A DNA stretch of 64,000 nt from Lama guanicoe (lineage: Eukaryota), in NCBI GenBank assembly GCA_013239625.1, contig MU053823.1, forward strand, positions 147,698 to 211,697, in the 5' to 3' direction. How positions within the stretch are numbered: the stretch's first letter is position 1; each line of letters begins with the position of its first letter. The notes under the pieces are model-generated. The model made no database searches, was not told the DNA's origin, and saw only the letters and a program-made list of their open reading frames with translations. The position numbers and the translations under genes are program-made. Below are positions 1 through 12,499 of the stretch, piece by piece.

Positions 1-176
1 TCAGGTTGTCCGCAATGCTCTGTTCTGCCTGGAAGAGGCCTGGAAATCCACCTCAGAGGCCCAAAGAAGTCTTGTCTATACCAAGGCATTACTGGCCTAT
101 GCCTTCGCCCTAGCAGGAAACCAGACCAAGCGGCGTGAGCTGCTTGAATCCCTAAACAAAGAGGCTGTAAAAGAAG
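1..176 (+). CDS. PZP-like paralogue exon 28 (probably starts just before the window)
   Basis: [57 protein letters not shown]; donor G|gtaaga at 177. Confidence 0.92.
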
Positions 177-632
177 GTAAGAGCTCCTACAGCAAAACTG
201 ACTTCCCAAAATCTCCAGTGACCAAAAGAAGAGAGAGGACCTGATGAATTCACACCTATCACCCATCATGCTTGTATTATATTGTATCCATTATTTTGTG
301 ATAAGAAGAAGATGATGAATTATTATTGATATAACCCTTAAATTCTCTAGGTAACATGAATCATTTTATCATTTCACACATTATAGACTCTCAACAGCCC
401 AGCTTCTAATATCACACAGATATGTAATAGACACAAAGGCACAAAACACAGTGTGATTGGCTGAAACCCTAATTTACTTTCTTGGCAAAGTTTTGCCTGA
501 TTGGTGATTACTTAATACTTTAATTTCATGTATGTCCATTCACTAGGGGAGCTCTAATTACAATGATCATTCACGAATCAGGTTTTGAAACCGCTCTCTA
601 AGCTTAAGATTGGATCCTTTTTTATTTCAAAG

Positions 633-856
633 GGGACTCAATCCACTGGCAACGTCCTGGGAAACCTCAAGAAGTTCATGCACTCTATTATCAACCCCGG
701 GCTCCTTCTGTTGAAGTGGAGATGACATCTTACTTGCTTCTTGCCTATCTCACTGCCCAGCCTGCCCCATCTCCAACAGATCTGTCTATGGCTACAAGTA
801 TTGTAAAATGGATCACCAAGCAACAAAACCCCAACGGGGGTTTCTCTTCCACTCAG
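633..856 (+). CDS. PZP-like paralogue exon 29
   Basis: [40 protein letters not shown]...[12 protein letters not shown]; 224 nt, same as A2M exon 29. Confidence 0.93.
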
Positions 857-1709
857 GTCTGTGAAGACACTCTAGGGAGAAAATTAAATATATGAATATG
901 TATGTAGACACAACCATCTTCTAGAAGTTGAATAATTGAAAAGTGCTTCTAATTTATACTTTATTTCTCCACCACCAGAAAGGTTCCAGCCTCATTATTT
1001 TCTATATGGATAATTTCTGTGTCCTCTGGACAGTCTCAGATTTTCTCTCCTTAGTGGATCCTCAACTGTAAAATAGGTCAGCCTCACTAAAGCAATCATT
1101 ACTTTCCTGATAAAGTAAATTTTTCTTCATCTAAAGACTAAAGTTATCTCATATTCTGCCCAAAATATTTCCTCCCCAATAAACATGAATACTGCTATCT
1201 AATTAGGCTGATCCCTTCACTTTTTCTGGAATTTGCTGACTGTTTTGCATGTCTTCACATGTAATATTTCCCACCCTGGTGCTCCCTGATGCCTGTCTTC
1301 TGTCTCTATAAACTTTTCTCTTTTAAAATTTAGAGATAATCCTGTTTCTTACCTTCTTCAGTCTTCTCTTCCTATGCTAGCTCCAATTTCTTCTCTCTCC
1401 TCTGAATTTTTCCAACAAATATTGTTACATAAATTTATAAATTATTGAAATATCCTCTGGTTTAAAATTTTTGAGTCTTATTGCTATACATATATTGTAA
1501 ACTACTTGAACGGGAAACTTCTTCATTTGCCCCCAGAGTACTTAGAGTAGTTCATGATTAATAACCAGGTCTGGATTGACTGGAAATTCAATTAATGAAC
1601 TGTGTTTATGACTAAATAACTCTGAGAGAGAGCGGTGTTGACGTGGTTTATATCCAGTTGGACTTTGTTACCTTCCTCTCCTGTAATTTCTGCACACATC
1701 TTTTTTCAG

Positions 1710-1928
1710 GATACGGTGGTAGCGCTCCAAGCCCTCTCCAAATATGGAGCAGCAACTTTCGCTAAAAGGGAGAAAGCGGCTACAGTCACTGTCAAGTCTT
1801 CAGACTCCTTCTCTAAAGAATTTCAAGTAGATGAAGCCAATCGCCTACTGCTGCAGGAGATCAGGTTGCCAAAGATTCCAGGGGACTACAGCACAACAGT
1901 GTTGGGGTCAGGATGTGTCTACCTGCAG
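1710..1928 (+). CDS. PZP-like paralogue exon 30
   Basis: [17 protein letters not shown]...GSGCVYLQ; 219 nt, AG/GT flanks. Confidence 0.93.
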
Positions 1929-2096
1929 GTGAGACTGCCACGGTTTGGGGGATACTACAAATGGGAGAAAGTCTCAAGAATTAGATTTGAATTTCAAAAT
2001 AGCAAAAGAAATGTGGGCTAAGGTATAAATCACCTAGAGGAGATAGACTATTTGAGTGCAAAGATAAAGGTTTTTTTTTTTTTCAATTTGTTTTAG

Positions 2097-2227
2097 ACCT
2101 CGTTGAGATATAACATCCTGCCCAAGAAAGAAGGAAAAGCTCCCTTTACCCTGCAAGTTGATACTCTCCCCAAGGACTGTGATGGAGTCAAAGCTCACAG
2201 AAAAGTCCAGATTCACATCAACATTAG
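2097..2227 (+). CDS. PZP-like paralogue exon 31
   Basis: [43 protein letters not shown]; 131 nt (one codon longer than A2M exon 31). Confidence 0.92.
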
Positions 2228-2590
2228 GTAAATCCTAAATCACTACCAGACCTTTTGTAGAATATGGTGAAATTGATTTTCTTGTGCAGGGCAACTCCAT
2301 GATCCAAGGTCATGCATAGTGAATAAGAAATTCTTGCAATATTTACTAAAAAGAAAAATTTCTTCACTCTTACTGAAAAGCCCTAACATTGAGAATTTGA
2401 TGTTATCATACCTGCAGAGTATGAGTTTATAATGATGAGCTTTCCAAACAAGTATAGCAGAGGCCAACAGAGAAGCTGAGTAGTAGGTAGGGCTAGGGAA
2501 CACTAGAAAAGGAAGAAGAGAGAGTTCGGTCTTGAATGAATTCCAAAGGATTTTATTTGACTGCCTTGTCCCTGTGCCTTGGCTTCATAG

Positions 2591-2681
2591 TTATACTGGG
2601 GAACGACCCAGCTCCAACATGGCCATTGTGGACGTGAAGATGGTGTCAGGCTTCATACCAGTGAAGTTATCAGTGAAAAAG
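2591..2681 (+). CDS. PZP-like paralogue exon 32
   Basis: [30 protein letters not shown]; 91 nt. Confidence 0.93.
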
Positions 2682-3013
2682 GTAAGCCCCACATCCCTTA
2701 CAAGAGCGAAGTCACGATAAACGCTGGCATTTCTGTTTGTCAGTTTGGTTCTATTGACTCAGATCTCCAAGAGGTTGTTTCCCCAGTGTGTGTTTCCGTC
2801 ATTTTAATGGTGGGCATCCTAGTTCCGTCATGTGGTCTCAAGTATAAGATATAAATCATAAACACGATTAATAATGTTCCAGCAGGCCCTATGACTTCAA
2901 GGGATGTGGAGTGCATTGAATTATCTTCCAACTATATAGAAAAAGAAAAAGGGAGACCATAAGTATGTATATACAAATATTCTCCCTTCTTTTATATATA
3001 GTTGGACAATAAT

Positions 3014-3028
3014 TCTCTCTCTCTCACC

Positions 3029-3065
<37 letters not shown>
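3014..3065. repeat. (CT)n(AT)n compound microsatellite
   Basis: Directly visible. Confidence 0.9.
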
Positions 3066-3280
3066 CTGAAAATATATATATTATATAGGTAGAGAGAAAG
3101 AGAAGGTTTAATAAATACTACTTTTATTATTTTTTAATTATTATTACTATCATTCTCAAAAACATCAAAATCAGTGGTTTTGATGTTTCTGAGAAGCCAT
3201 TTAGAACATAAATACCAGAAAACTGCTTCAGCCCCAAATTTCCTCATCCCATACCTTTGGCTTGTCTTCTTGGTCAACAG

Positions 3281-3349
3281 CTCCAAGAAAAGCCTTAGAT
3301 ACAAAGGACTGATGTGAGCACCAACCATGTCCTGATTTACTTTGAAGAG
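3281..3349 (+). pseudogene. PZP-like paralogue exon 33 with in-frame TAG
   Basis: CTC CAA GAA AAG CCT TAG ATA CAA AGG... = LQEKP*IQRTDVSTNHVLIYFEE; 69 nt, canonical AG/GT. Confidence 0.9.
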
Positions 3350-3685
3350 GTAAGATTCTCTGCTAGATCTGGGAGAGCCTCTCGACGCTCCAACAACCAA
3401 TCCAGATTCCGATTAACGTATTTCATATACACAACGTATGAGGGGAAAAGAAAAGCTACAGAGGAAGTGAAGCCTGGCCAGCTCAGATTACTGCATTTGA
3501 CTGTCCATAGAATTCCCTCTTTTACTGGTACTGAGTGTGTTATGCAAGACTTAAAATGGCTCATTCTTTCCATAGGTTTCAGTACAGAGGACAGCCTAAG
3601 TACAGGGCCTGATAATACCTTCAGCAAAGAGTAACTAGTAATTAAATGACTCTTTGATTCCAATTCAATTGTCTTGTCTCTCCAG

Positions 3686-3788
3686 CTAACGAATCAAACC
3701 TTGAGTTTCTCCTTCTTAGTGGAACAAGACATCCAAGTAAAGAATTTAAAACCAGCTACTGTGAAGGCCTATGATTATTATGAGACAG
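3686..3788 (+). CDS. PZP-like paralogue exon 34
   Basis: [34 protein letters not shown]; 103 nt. Confidence 0.92.
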
Positions 3789-4616
3789 GTGAGTGGGACT
3801 CAGACATGCTGAGCCTTGAAAAGAAAGAGATGACTAACCTAGCATAGGGTCACCTGAACTGAAAGAAAACTCCATAATCTTTCATTTGATGAAAGAGTGA
3901 ATTTATGGTTTCACAGGACAATCATATCCCTATATATTAATATGTCATGTGCCCCTAAACAAATCTTAGAGCCACTCTTATAAATTGATCATAAAGCAAC
4001 AGAGTATCAATTCTTTCTAATTCCTCTGTGAAGTTGTTAGTTCTGGACTGAATTATTCCAGAAAGATAAGAAGAGCAGCAATAACTAAAAAAATAAATAA
4101 ATAAACACCTCTTGGTACTGATGTGTGACACAAGTCCCCAGATTTAATCTATTTTTAACTTGTGCTTTGATTAGTCTCACAGATTTGGGGCAACTTTGTC
4201 ACATATCAGAAAATTCTTCCATTTGCTCATAACTTGGAACTAGAAACTTACCAGCATCTTAGCATGCGAGTAGTGTTCAAACTTTACTCTTTCTTAGAAA
4301 ATAAAATGTTCAGAGAGGAAGGTACAACTCCAATAACAAAAATATAGATGTGAAAAAGGGCTATACCGTGTCCTATGGAAAGACAGTTATCTATTTGTGA
4401 AATCTACCTCTCAGCTGTGTTTTCAAGCCCAATTTTCTCTCCCCCCCTATCCTGCAACCAATCCCAAATGGTTTAGTACAGAAGTCAGTCTTTTTTATTG
4501 ACTCCATAACTGTGCTTTATGCTTTCTTTGGTAGCTCACCCAGTTTATGTACAATTCACTACTCATGTGCCTATTACTGAATGGCTTCACTCTGTCTCAT
4601 CATTTTTGTGTTTCAG

Positions 4617-4658
4617 AGGAATTCACCATTGAAGAGTACAGTGTCCCCTGCAGTTCTG
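4617..4658 (+). CDS. PZP-like paralogue exon 35
   Basis: EEFTIEEYSVPCSS; 42 nt, AG/GT flanks. Confidence 0.9.
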
Positions 4659-5279
4659 GTAAAGTATAAACAGCAAAATCAAATGCCAACATGAAGAAAA
4701 TAAATAAACATTTGTTGTTGGCATAAAGCTGCTTCTTGAGCATCCCTTACCATACTATAAAACTCCCGGGTAAATTATATTGAACAACCTCAAATGTTTT
4801 ATACAATTTCTCAGTAGAAAAAAACACAAGTATAATTACTTGGTGTCTAGGGTGACCTGTTTGAAGATGAATCCAGGAATTTGCCACATATAAAAGCTAA
4901 AGCACCTAATATTCAGTGTACAAGTCTATACTCACTGGTGATATATCTACCACTCATGACCTTTCTAGGATGTGTCTAAACTTATACTAGTTAAGATCAG
5001 GAAACTTTTCATTGTAAATTATCTATATAACACGGCATAAGAGACATGATCTACAAGATCTTCCTTTAGGCTGTTGACAGGGTTCACCTTCAACAATACA
5101 GCACTTGCTGTGAGACCTTGTGCTCTCCACTGTAAAGCATGAAAAAATTGGAATAACCTTGTCATTAAAAAAATTAAAATTTATTTAGTTCAAATATTTA
5201 TAATTAAAATATGAAAAAATATTCCTTTATTAGATCACAAAATTTCCCTACTGTTTCTACCTTTTCTTCTACTGTTTAG

Positions 5280-5296
5280 AACATGAAAATGCTTGA
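5280..5296 (+). CDS. PZP-like paralogue last exon, coding part
   Basis: Polypyrimidine tract + tttag, then (G)AA CAT GAA AAT GCT TGA = EHENA*; same length as the A2M last coding segment. Confidence 0.8.
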
Positions 5297-5419
5297 AAAT
5301 GGAAACTCATGGACCTCATCAGATGAACTTCTCCAGAAACAAAGAACAGACTTATCAAGAGAGAAGACAGTGGGGGAAAGAAGGGACAAGAATTGGAAGT
5401 ACGTGAAATTTGTATGTCG

Positions 5420-5425
5420 AATAAA
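5420..5425 (+). terminator. Polyadenylation signal of the PZP-like paralogue
   Basis: AATAAA about 125 nt after the stop, followed by a T-rich tract. Confidence 0.65.
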
Positions 5426-5624
5426 TTTATGACATTTACAACTCTCTCTTTTCTTTTGTTCTTTGTCAGTGTTATAACTCTCTTCTGAAATATCTGTTTT
5501 CCACAGTGTTTCTAAAAACACTGAAAAAGTATACAAAGAGGTACCTTCAAAAAAACTATAGATGAATCAAAATGAAATTCCAAAAACGTAGTAACCACAG
5601 GAAGATAGGGAAAAGAAAACAGTA

Positions 5625-5960
5625 TTTCCAAATACTGGAAACAGCCTAAATGTCCATCAATAGATGAAAGATTAAATCTAACTGTGGTACATCCATACCA
5701 TGGAATACTACTCAGTAATAAAGAAGGACTAACTCCTGATACAAGCAACAACTTGGATGGATCTCAAAAATGAGTGAAAAGAAAGACAGTTTCAGAAGGT
5801 CATACTATATGATTCCTTGTATAGTCAACATGGAATGGAATGATGGAATCATAGAATTGGAAAATAAATGAGTGGTTTCCAGGGGTAATGGATGCTAGGG
5901 CAAGGGGGGAGGGGTGGCTTACAAAGGGATAGCATTAGAGACATCTTTGTGGTTATGAAA
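5625..5960 (+). mobile_element. Old L1 3' fragment
   Basis: aaatactggaaacagcctaaatgtccatcaa...gtggtacatccataccatggaatactactcag is typical L1 3' end sequence; boundaries approximate. Confidence 0.7.
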
Positions 5961-7134
5961 TCCTCCATGCGTGGAAGCAAAAGTCCTGGTTCACATTTTT
6001 ACAGTTAATTCCATCTCAAATTATTTTGTTGTCGGTTGGGTGGTGACTGAGAGAACATCTAAACTGACTTTTTTCCCTCATATCACTTTATAACAGTCCC
6101 ATTATCACTTATTGACCAATTCTATCAATTCTGTATTTCCCTGCTAATAAAAACTGCCTCCTTTATCACAAATTAAATTACCATACATTTTAGGGCTTGC
6201 TTCTGAGTGATTTATTCTATTTCGTTGATTAGCTAGTCTATTCCTTCACATGCACTAAAATTTTTGAATTATTGTGGCTTAATAAAATATTTTTATAACT
6301 ACTCTGGCCAGACTGTCCTCATTCCTCTGTTGTCACCTTTTCTTTGCAATACTAAGCTTATTATTTATTCCAGGTAGAACTTTGAAATCATTTTTTACAG
6401 GGAATTATCCCCATAGTCATATGGGGTATTGTTTGGAATTTCACTGAATATGAATTAATTTATAATGATGATGAATGTCAACTTTTTACAATTTTTAGCC
6501 TTCCCTATTCAGACACATTTTATCTTCACTTATTCATTTCACATGATGTGAATTCTAATTCTGACTTAATTTCTGAATTTGGGCTGAATAACAAAATGAA
6601 AAGTAAAGATTAATTTCATGGACACATATAGTAAGATATGTTGAAAGAATTATACAATGTATAACAGAAACAAAAGATATGGGCAAAAATAAAATTACAT
6701 GATGATGAAAGACTAGAACAATATGTCTCATTTGTTGATAGAAACCACTGAAAATTTTTAAGAAAGAATATTATTTCAGAGTTGCATAATAGATAGTCTG
6801 TCTTCTAAGCAATGATGGGAAGAAGAAAGCAAGTTTTTCTGATTTTTCTGATTTCTGATACACAGCCCACTGGTACAAAGTTGGGCTCTCCTCTTTACGT
6901 TGCCTATGGTTTAGGATATGTATCCCTCTTTCAACTTAAAAAACTCACACTTTAAAAAATTACTTACTTTCCCCTCATTTATTGATTTAGACCTCTTCGA
7001 AAGCCAAACCTGTATCTTAATCATGACTGCAGTCTGTTCACCCAACACTGTGCTGGGAATGTAGGGGACACTCAATAAAAAAACAGTGTGACTGAAGGGA
7101 CCAGTGCTGAGTGAGCATATTTGCATAGGTAGGT

Positions 7135-7590
7135 AGGGCACTTGGGTTGCTTCCATATGGTGGCTATTGTAAATAATGTGATGAACACTGGGATGCAGAC
7201 TCTTTTCAAATGGGTGCTTTTGTTTACTTTGGATAAATCCACAGAAGTAGAATTGCTGGATCGCATGCTAGTTCTATTTTTTATATTTTTTTTGAGGAAC
7301 CCCCAAACTATTCTCCATAATGGCTGTAACAACACCCACCCACAGTGTCCTGGGGTTGCATTCTCTCCACAGTCCCACCAACATTTACTACTTGTTGTCT
7401 TTTTGAAGCTAGCCATTCTGACAGGTATGAGGTGATATCTCAATGTGGTTTTGATCTGCATTTCTCTGATGATTAGTGAAGTCTTTTCATGTGTCTGTTG
7501 GCCATTTGTATGTCTGCTTTGGAGAAATGTCTATTCAGGACCTCTGCCCATTTTTCAGTCATCTTGTTTTTTGGTACTGAGTTGTAACTT
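7135..7590 (-). mobile_element. L1 ORF2 3' fragment
   Basis: Minus-strand ORF 7072-7461 [17 protein letters not shown]...KCW resembles the L1 ORF2 C-terminus. Confidence 0.85.
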
Positions 7591-7899
7591 TAAAAATATA
7601 AAGTCACTTTCTTTCAATAGCAATAATGTGAGAAATATCCTCATGTTTTTCACTCAATATTCCTAGGCACTTCTGTTACAAAATTTAGGAATCAGAATTA
7701 ATATTATGTTAAAATAAAGAATACCCAAAGCACTAAAGACAAAAGAGTCTCTAAGAATTCAAGTTACTGTTCAACAAAATTTTTCCTGAGAAAAAAATCT
7801 CTCCCAAAATGTAATGTGTACTTAATTTGACAACAAAACTTATCATGTCCAGTAAGTGATCCTTGATGACTCAAAGTCTGTTAACATATAAACCACACA

Positions 7900-9960
7900 A
7901 AAAACTTTCATCATCAGTACACTTGCCCCCCAAATTCCCTTTCCACAGGAACCGAGTGGCAGAATATAAAATTAAACTGCTTCTTGTGATCAAACATTTT
8001 AAAAAGATTGAAAAGTAAAAGGGAACGCCTTTTTCAAATTGTGTAAAATAAAATAGCATCTTTTCTATAAAATATTTTATAATTCAAACTGGGACTCAAA
8101 AGATGGATATTATTAACTTTGGTAGCTTCTTATTTTGAAAAACTATCTGTCAAACTATAATTTTCAAAAAGAAAATATATATTCATATGTATATATAAGG
8201 AAAATTTATAATCTCAGGCAAATATAAAAAGAACATGAGTCAAACATTTTATTTAAACTAGTAATTAATGAAGTAACCAGTCAGATGTTATAACTAGTTC
8301 ACAGAGTACTCAAGAGATCATACTTCACAGACAATTTAACAAAAACTGTTAGGATAAGAATGATGGGTTAGGTATAAAACGGAGTAACAGAACATACCTT
8401 AAAATCTTTGGGGTTATCTGTTCCACTGAACAGAAATTCTTTGCATGTGTACCTGATGAAAATTAGCAAGAAACTTACACTAAGCCTGGAACCTTTAATC
8501 TGTATTAAACAATGTGATGAACTAAGTATATGCTGCTAGGTGTTCCTTACGTGGCCCTTGCTTCTAAGTCGCCTTGAAAGAATGTGCTACTCCGCATTTT
8601 TACCTTATTTCTGCATTTCTGATAATTTTTCGGACAGTCTCCCCTCTTCAAAGATTTATTCTTGACTTTCAAAACGGGGCATGCTTGTCTTATCAAGTTT
8701 GTACCAGTTTTTTCATAGGTTAACAAGAGGGTTAATTAGCCATGCAGGCAGGCCTGCATGGCTTCATCTGCAAATCTTGAGCCTTCAGTGTTTAGCAACT
8801 ACTAAGGCCACATAATTAACTTCAGTCAAGAAACTTTCATATGGAACCTGGTTTAGACTTTAAAGAACCTCTAGAACTTGTTATTTCATCTGTAGTACCT
8901 ACAAAGTTGGCTGAATTCCTCTCATCTAGAAGTCCTCCAAATTCCCAAGACCCTTGGCCTGCCAGGACACAATCTTTATATTTGCAAGGCTGGGACCCTA
9001 TACATCAGGCACCATGTCAGTTTCATGAGAAGGCTTTGTAGGTATTGACTTCACCCATATTTCTCAACAGAGAGCTTGTCGTGTCTGATTAAATAAGAAT
9101 TATTTTCAAATATTATTGTTCCAAGTAGGCCTTGATTACACAATCAATCGGTCCAATTAAGTCCAGGTTAAAAAAAAAAAAGATTCTTATTAAACTAATG
9201 CAAATAACTATGTTGCCATGAAAAGTACGGAGATCCAGTAAAAGTATCTGTTCCTGAATTCTAAGGGAGTCAGCACGAATCAGATGTCATTTTAAAATGT
9301 TTTGTCTCCATCTACAGAACCAAAATCTACTAAGTTGGGGGTTAGATACAGTGTAAAAAGAAAGAGGAAGAATTTTCCCCCTTATGTGTTAAAAATACAA
9401 CATTTAAAATAATACCTATCATATTCCAAATAAACAACCACATTTTAATTTCCCTCCTTTTTTCATTTTATCTTAGTAACTCCTGTTCTGTTTGTTCTTA
9501 GGTCAAGCATTCTTCTTTAATGAAGTATATTTGCTTCCCAAGTAAAAAGAGTCATGGAAAGAGGGGAGGGTATAGCTCAGTGGTAGAGCACATGCCTAGC
9601 ATGCACAAGGTCCTGGGTTTGACCCCCCCAGTATCTCTGTGAAATAATAAATAAAATAATAATAAATAAATATTAATTTTTTACAAAGGGTAGTGGAAAT
9701 CTTATCTTGATCCACTCATGCAGCCTGAAAGTTGTCTAAGGAATAACATCTCAGAAACCTGAATCCAAGAGCCTGCTCTTTGAGATAGCAAAGTTTGGAA
9801 TATCTAGTAGAACCCTTTCCAGAACCTGTCAGCAAGCATCAAGAAGCAAACTGCTTGATAGGAAAATGAGTTAACTGATTACAGTAACCACTCCTTCACG
9901 ACTGGGAGAGGACACTGTTTCACTTAATACATAGACTCAAACACAGAGTTATTCCCCCAA
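7900..9960. mobile_element. Possible degraded ERV internal sequence (MER4-group-like), interrupted by a SINE
   Basis: Resemblance from memory only; no readable ORF. Confidence 0.35.
9563..9670 (+). mobile_element. tRNA-Ala-derived SINE (camelid Vic-1-like)
   Basis: ggggagggtatagctcagtggtagagc (A box), ggtcctgggtttga (B-box-like), A-rich tail. Confidence 0.85.
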
Positions 9961-10069
9961 ATAACCACAATTTAATTGCTAAAAACCAATATACCATTTA
10001 ACAAAGAGAAACCAAAGTTTTAGCTTTGCATTAATATATTTTGTAGCAAGTTTTATAAGATTTAAAATT

Positions 10070-12290
10070 TTTCTTAGTTGTTTTCTTGTTGCTTTTATAG
10101 TTCTTCTCTGTTCCTTTCTTCTTCTCTGGCTCTCCTCCCTTGGGATTTGACGACTTTCTTTAGTGTTATGTTTAGATCTCTTTCTCATGACTTTTGTACA
10201 CCTGCTGTAGGCTGTTGCCTTGGGGTTATCTTGAGATTATCACGTAAAAGCCTATATATGTTAACAGTCTATTCCAAGGTGACAGCAATTTAAATTTGAA
10301 CACATTCGTTAAAAACTCTACATTTTTACTCCCTACTCCCACGTTTTATGTTTTTATATCATGTTTTACATTTTTAGTTGGAATTTCCCTTAGCTTACTG
10401 TTAACTGTCTACTGTGGTTGTAGTTAATTTTACTCTTTTGTCTTTTAACCTTCATGAGAGTTTTATAAGTGGTTCACTTATAAATATATAGCTTTACTAT
10501 ATATTTGCCTTTACCAGTGAGATTTTTACTTATATGTGTTTTCTTGTTATTAGCATCTTCTCTTTTCAGCTTAAAGAACTCCCTTTAACACTTCTTGTAA
10601 AGCCAATTTAGTGGTGATGAACTCCTGCAGCTTTCACTTGTATGGAAAACCTTTCTCTCTCCTTCAATTCTAAATGATAGGCTTTCTTGGTTGGAAGTTC
10701 TTTCCTTCACAACTTTGAATATATCGTGCCACTCTGAAAACTCAGCAGAGGGTCTTATGCGGGTTCCCTTGTATGTTACAAGTTGTTATTCTCTTGCTGG
10801 TTTTAAGATTCCCTCTTTAAGTTTTGATATTTCAATTATAATGTGTCTCGGTATAGATCTCTTTGGGTTCATCTTATACAGAACTCTCTGTGCTTCCTGA
10901 ACCAGGATGTCTGATTCCCCCACTAGGTTAGCAAAAGTTTTCAGCCATTATTTCTCAAATAAATTTTCTGCCTCTTTCTCTGTCTCTTCTCCTTCTGAAA
11001 TTCCTACAATGTAAATGTTATTCTGTTTGATGTTGTCCAATAAGCCTCTTAAACTATCTTCACTTTTTTTAAATTCTTTTTTCTTTCTGTTGCTCTATTT
11101 GGAAGAGTTCCACTGCCCCGTCTTTCAGGTCGCTGACGTGTCTTCTGCCAAAGCCCTCGAGCGTATTTTCAGTTCAGTGATTGTTTTCTGTAGCTCTGTG
11201 ACTTCCGGTTTGGAACTTTCTTATATTATCTGTCTCTCTGTGGAAGTTCTCACTATAGTCGTCCATTCTTTCCCAAGCTCAGTGAGCATTTCTTGACTGT
11301 TAACTTTGAACTCCTTATCAGATAGATCACTCATCTCCATTTTATTAAAGTCTTTTTCCAAAGCTTTGTTTCATTCTCTCATTTGAAACATCTTCCTTTG
11401 TCTCCTCTTTTTGCTTAACTCTCTGGGTTTGAGTCTATGTATTAAGTGAAACAGCTACTCTCCCAGTATTGAATGTGTGACCTTGGGGAGGAGGTGAAAC
11501 TTCTCACTTATCCTTGCCCTAGCTCTGGGTTGTCTCTCAAACCTGGGTGTTTGTCTAAGTAGCCTGATTTATTCTTGACAGGTCCTAGTGGTTGAAGGTG
11601 TCTCAAGACCTGACAATGTTCCAAAAAGAGAGCTGTCCGTCAGCACCTAGTTTCAGGCTGACTGAAAGCCAGATCTTCAGGCAGGCAGTAGCTTTTAAGG
11701 CATGTAAATGTATCTGGTCCTGTGAGCCTGCAACTGTAGGCCCTGTGGACCTCCAGACCAGCAGATCTGGGGGTGTTCACCTGGGCAACAGTTGCAAGAA
11801 TTGGGGTTTCAGGCGAGTGTATCAGCTCATTTCTGGGAGGTACCAGCAAGTTGCGGCAAGGCCGGGGAGGGTGCGAAGATGGCTTCCTGCCCACGTCCCC
11901 TGCGAGTGCCTCTGTAGCCTGTCAAGCACTGGGGGTACGTTCCATTCTGCTGTCCGGGCAGTGCCCTGGGTGTGGCAGCCTGCCTGGAATTGCCTTTCTG
12001 ACGGTTGCAGACCTGTGGGGCCCAGGAATGTCTGTCCCTCTGGCTGTCAGCGCCAGGTGATCAAGAGAGCTCCCCTGTGCAGACTGTGCTGAACCCCCAG
12101 CTTCAGCAAGACTGCAGGAGAACCACGCGGGTGGGGCACATCTGCAGCCACGGGGATGTAGGGGGGGCGGGCGCTGTGAGCAGGAGCGGCCTTCAGCTTT
12201 AGCAAGGCGGGGAGGAGTGCCGGGAGTAGGGACACCTGCAGCCTCAGTGGCGCACAGGCACTTCTCCTGACTCCCTGTCCCCCAGGGACT
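10070..12290 (-). mobile_element. L1 5' portion (inter-ORF region, ORF1, GC-rich 5' UTR)
   Basis: Antisense L1 ORF1-like text (ccctttaacacttcttgtaa...gtggtgatgaactcc, ttcagccattatttctcaaataa) grading into a GC/CpG-rich stretch at about 11590-12290; boundaries approximate. Confidence 0.7.
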
Positions 12291-12499
12291 CCTACTCAAC
12301 CCTCTGTCAAGAAGTCCCCCTAAAACTATACCTCACTCATTCCCAGAAATGAATCTGCATTGAGTGAGTTACAGGCAGAGGGACACGTCCCAGGACCTTC
12401 AAATGCAGCTTGCTTTGCCATCTGCTTATAAGAGTTTTGAGGGAGTTGAAGAGAGGTGGGTTGAAAGGCCCTCATCATCTTTGCTGTCAAAGTTACAGA

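Larger units (their letters stand above)
1..5296 (+). pseudogene. 3' part (exons 28-36) of an alpha-macroglobulin paralogue (PZP-like / alpha-1-macroglobulin type) with a premature stop in exon 33; pseudogene or null allele
   Basis: Nine exons with the same phases as A2M exons 28-36 in this window: 1-176, 633-856, 1710-1928, 2097-2227, 2591-2681, 3281-3349, 3686-3788, 4617-4658, 5280-5296. The spliced frame is open except TAG at 3296-3298. The 5' part lies outside the window, so status is uncertain. Confidence 0.75.

Noticed and set aside
9563..9640. tRNA gene-like sequence (also near 19420-19500, 33434, 48480)
   Set aside because: Degenerate stems and A-rich tails; these are SINEs, not tRNA genes
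11592..12299. Cluster of overlapping ORFs up to 166 aa
   Set aside because: Expected by chance in GC-rich repeat-derived DNA; no recognisable protein
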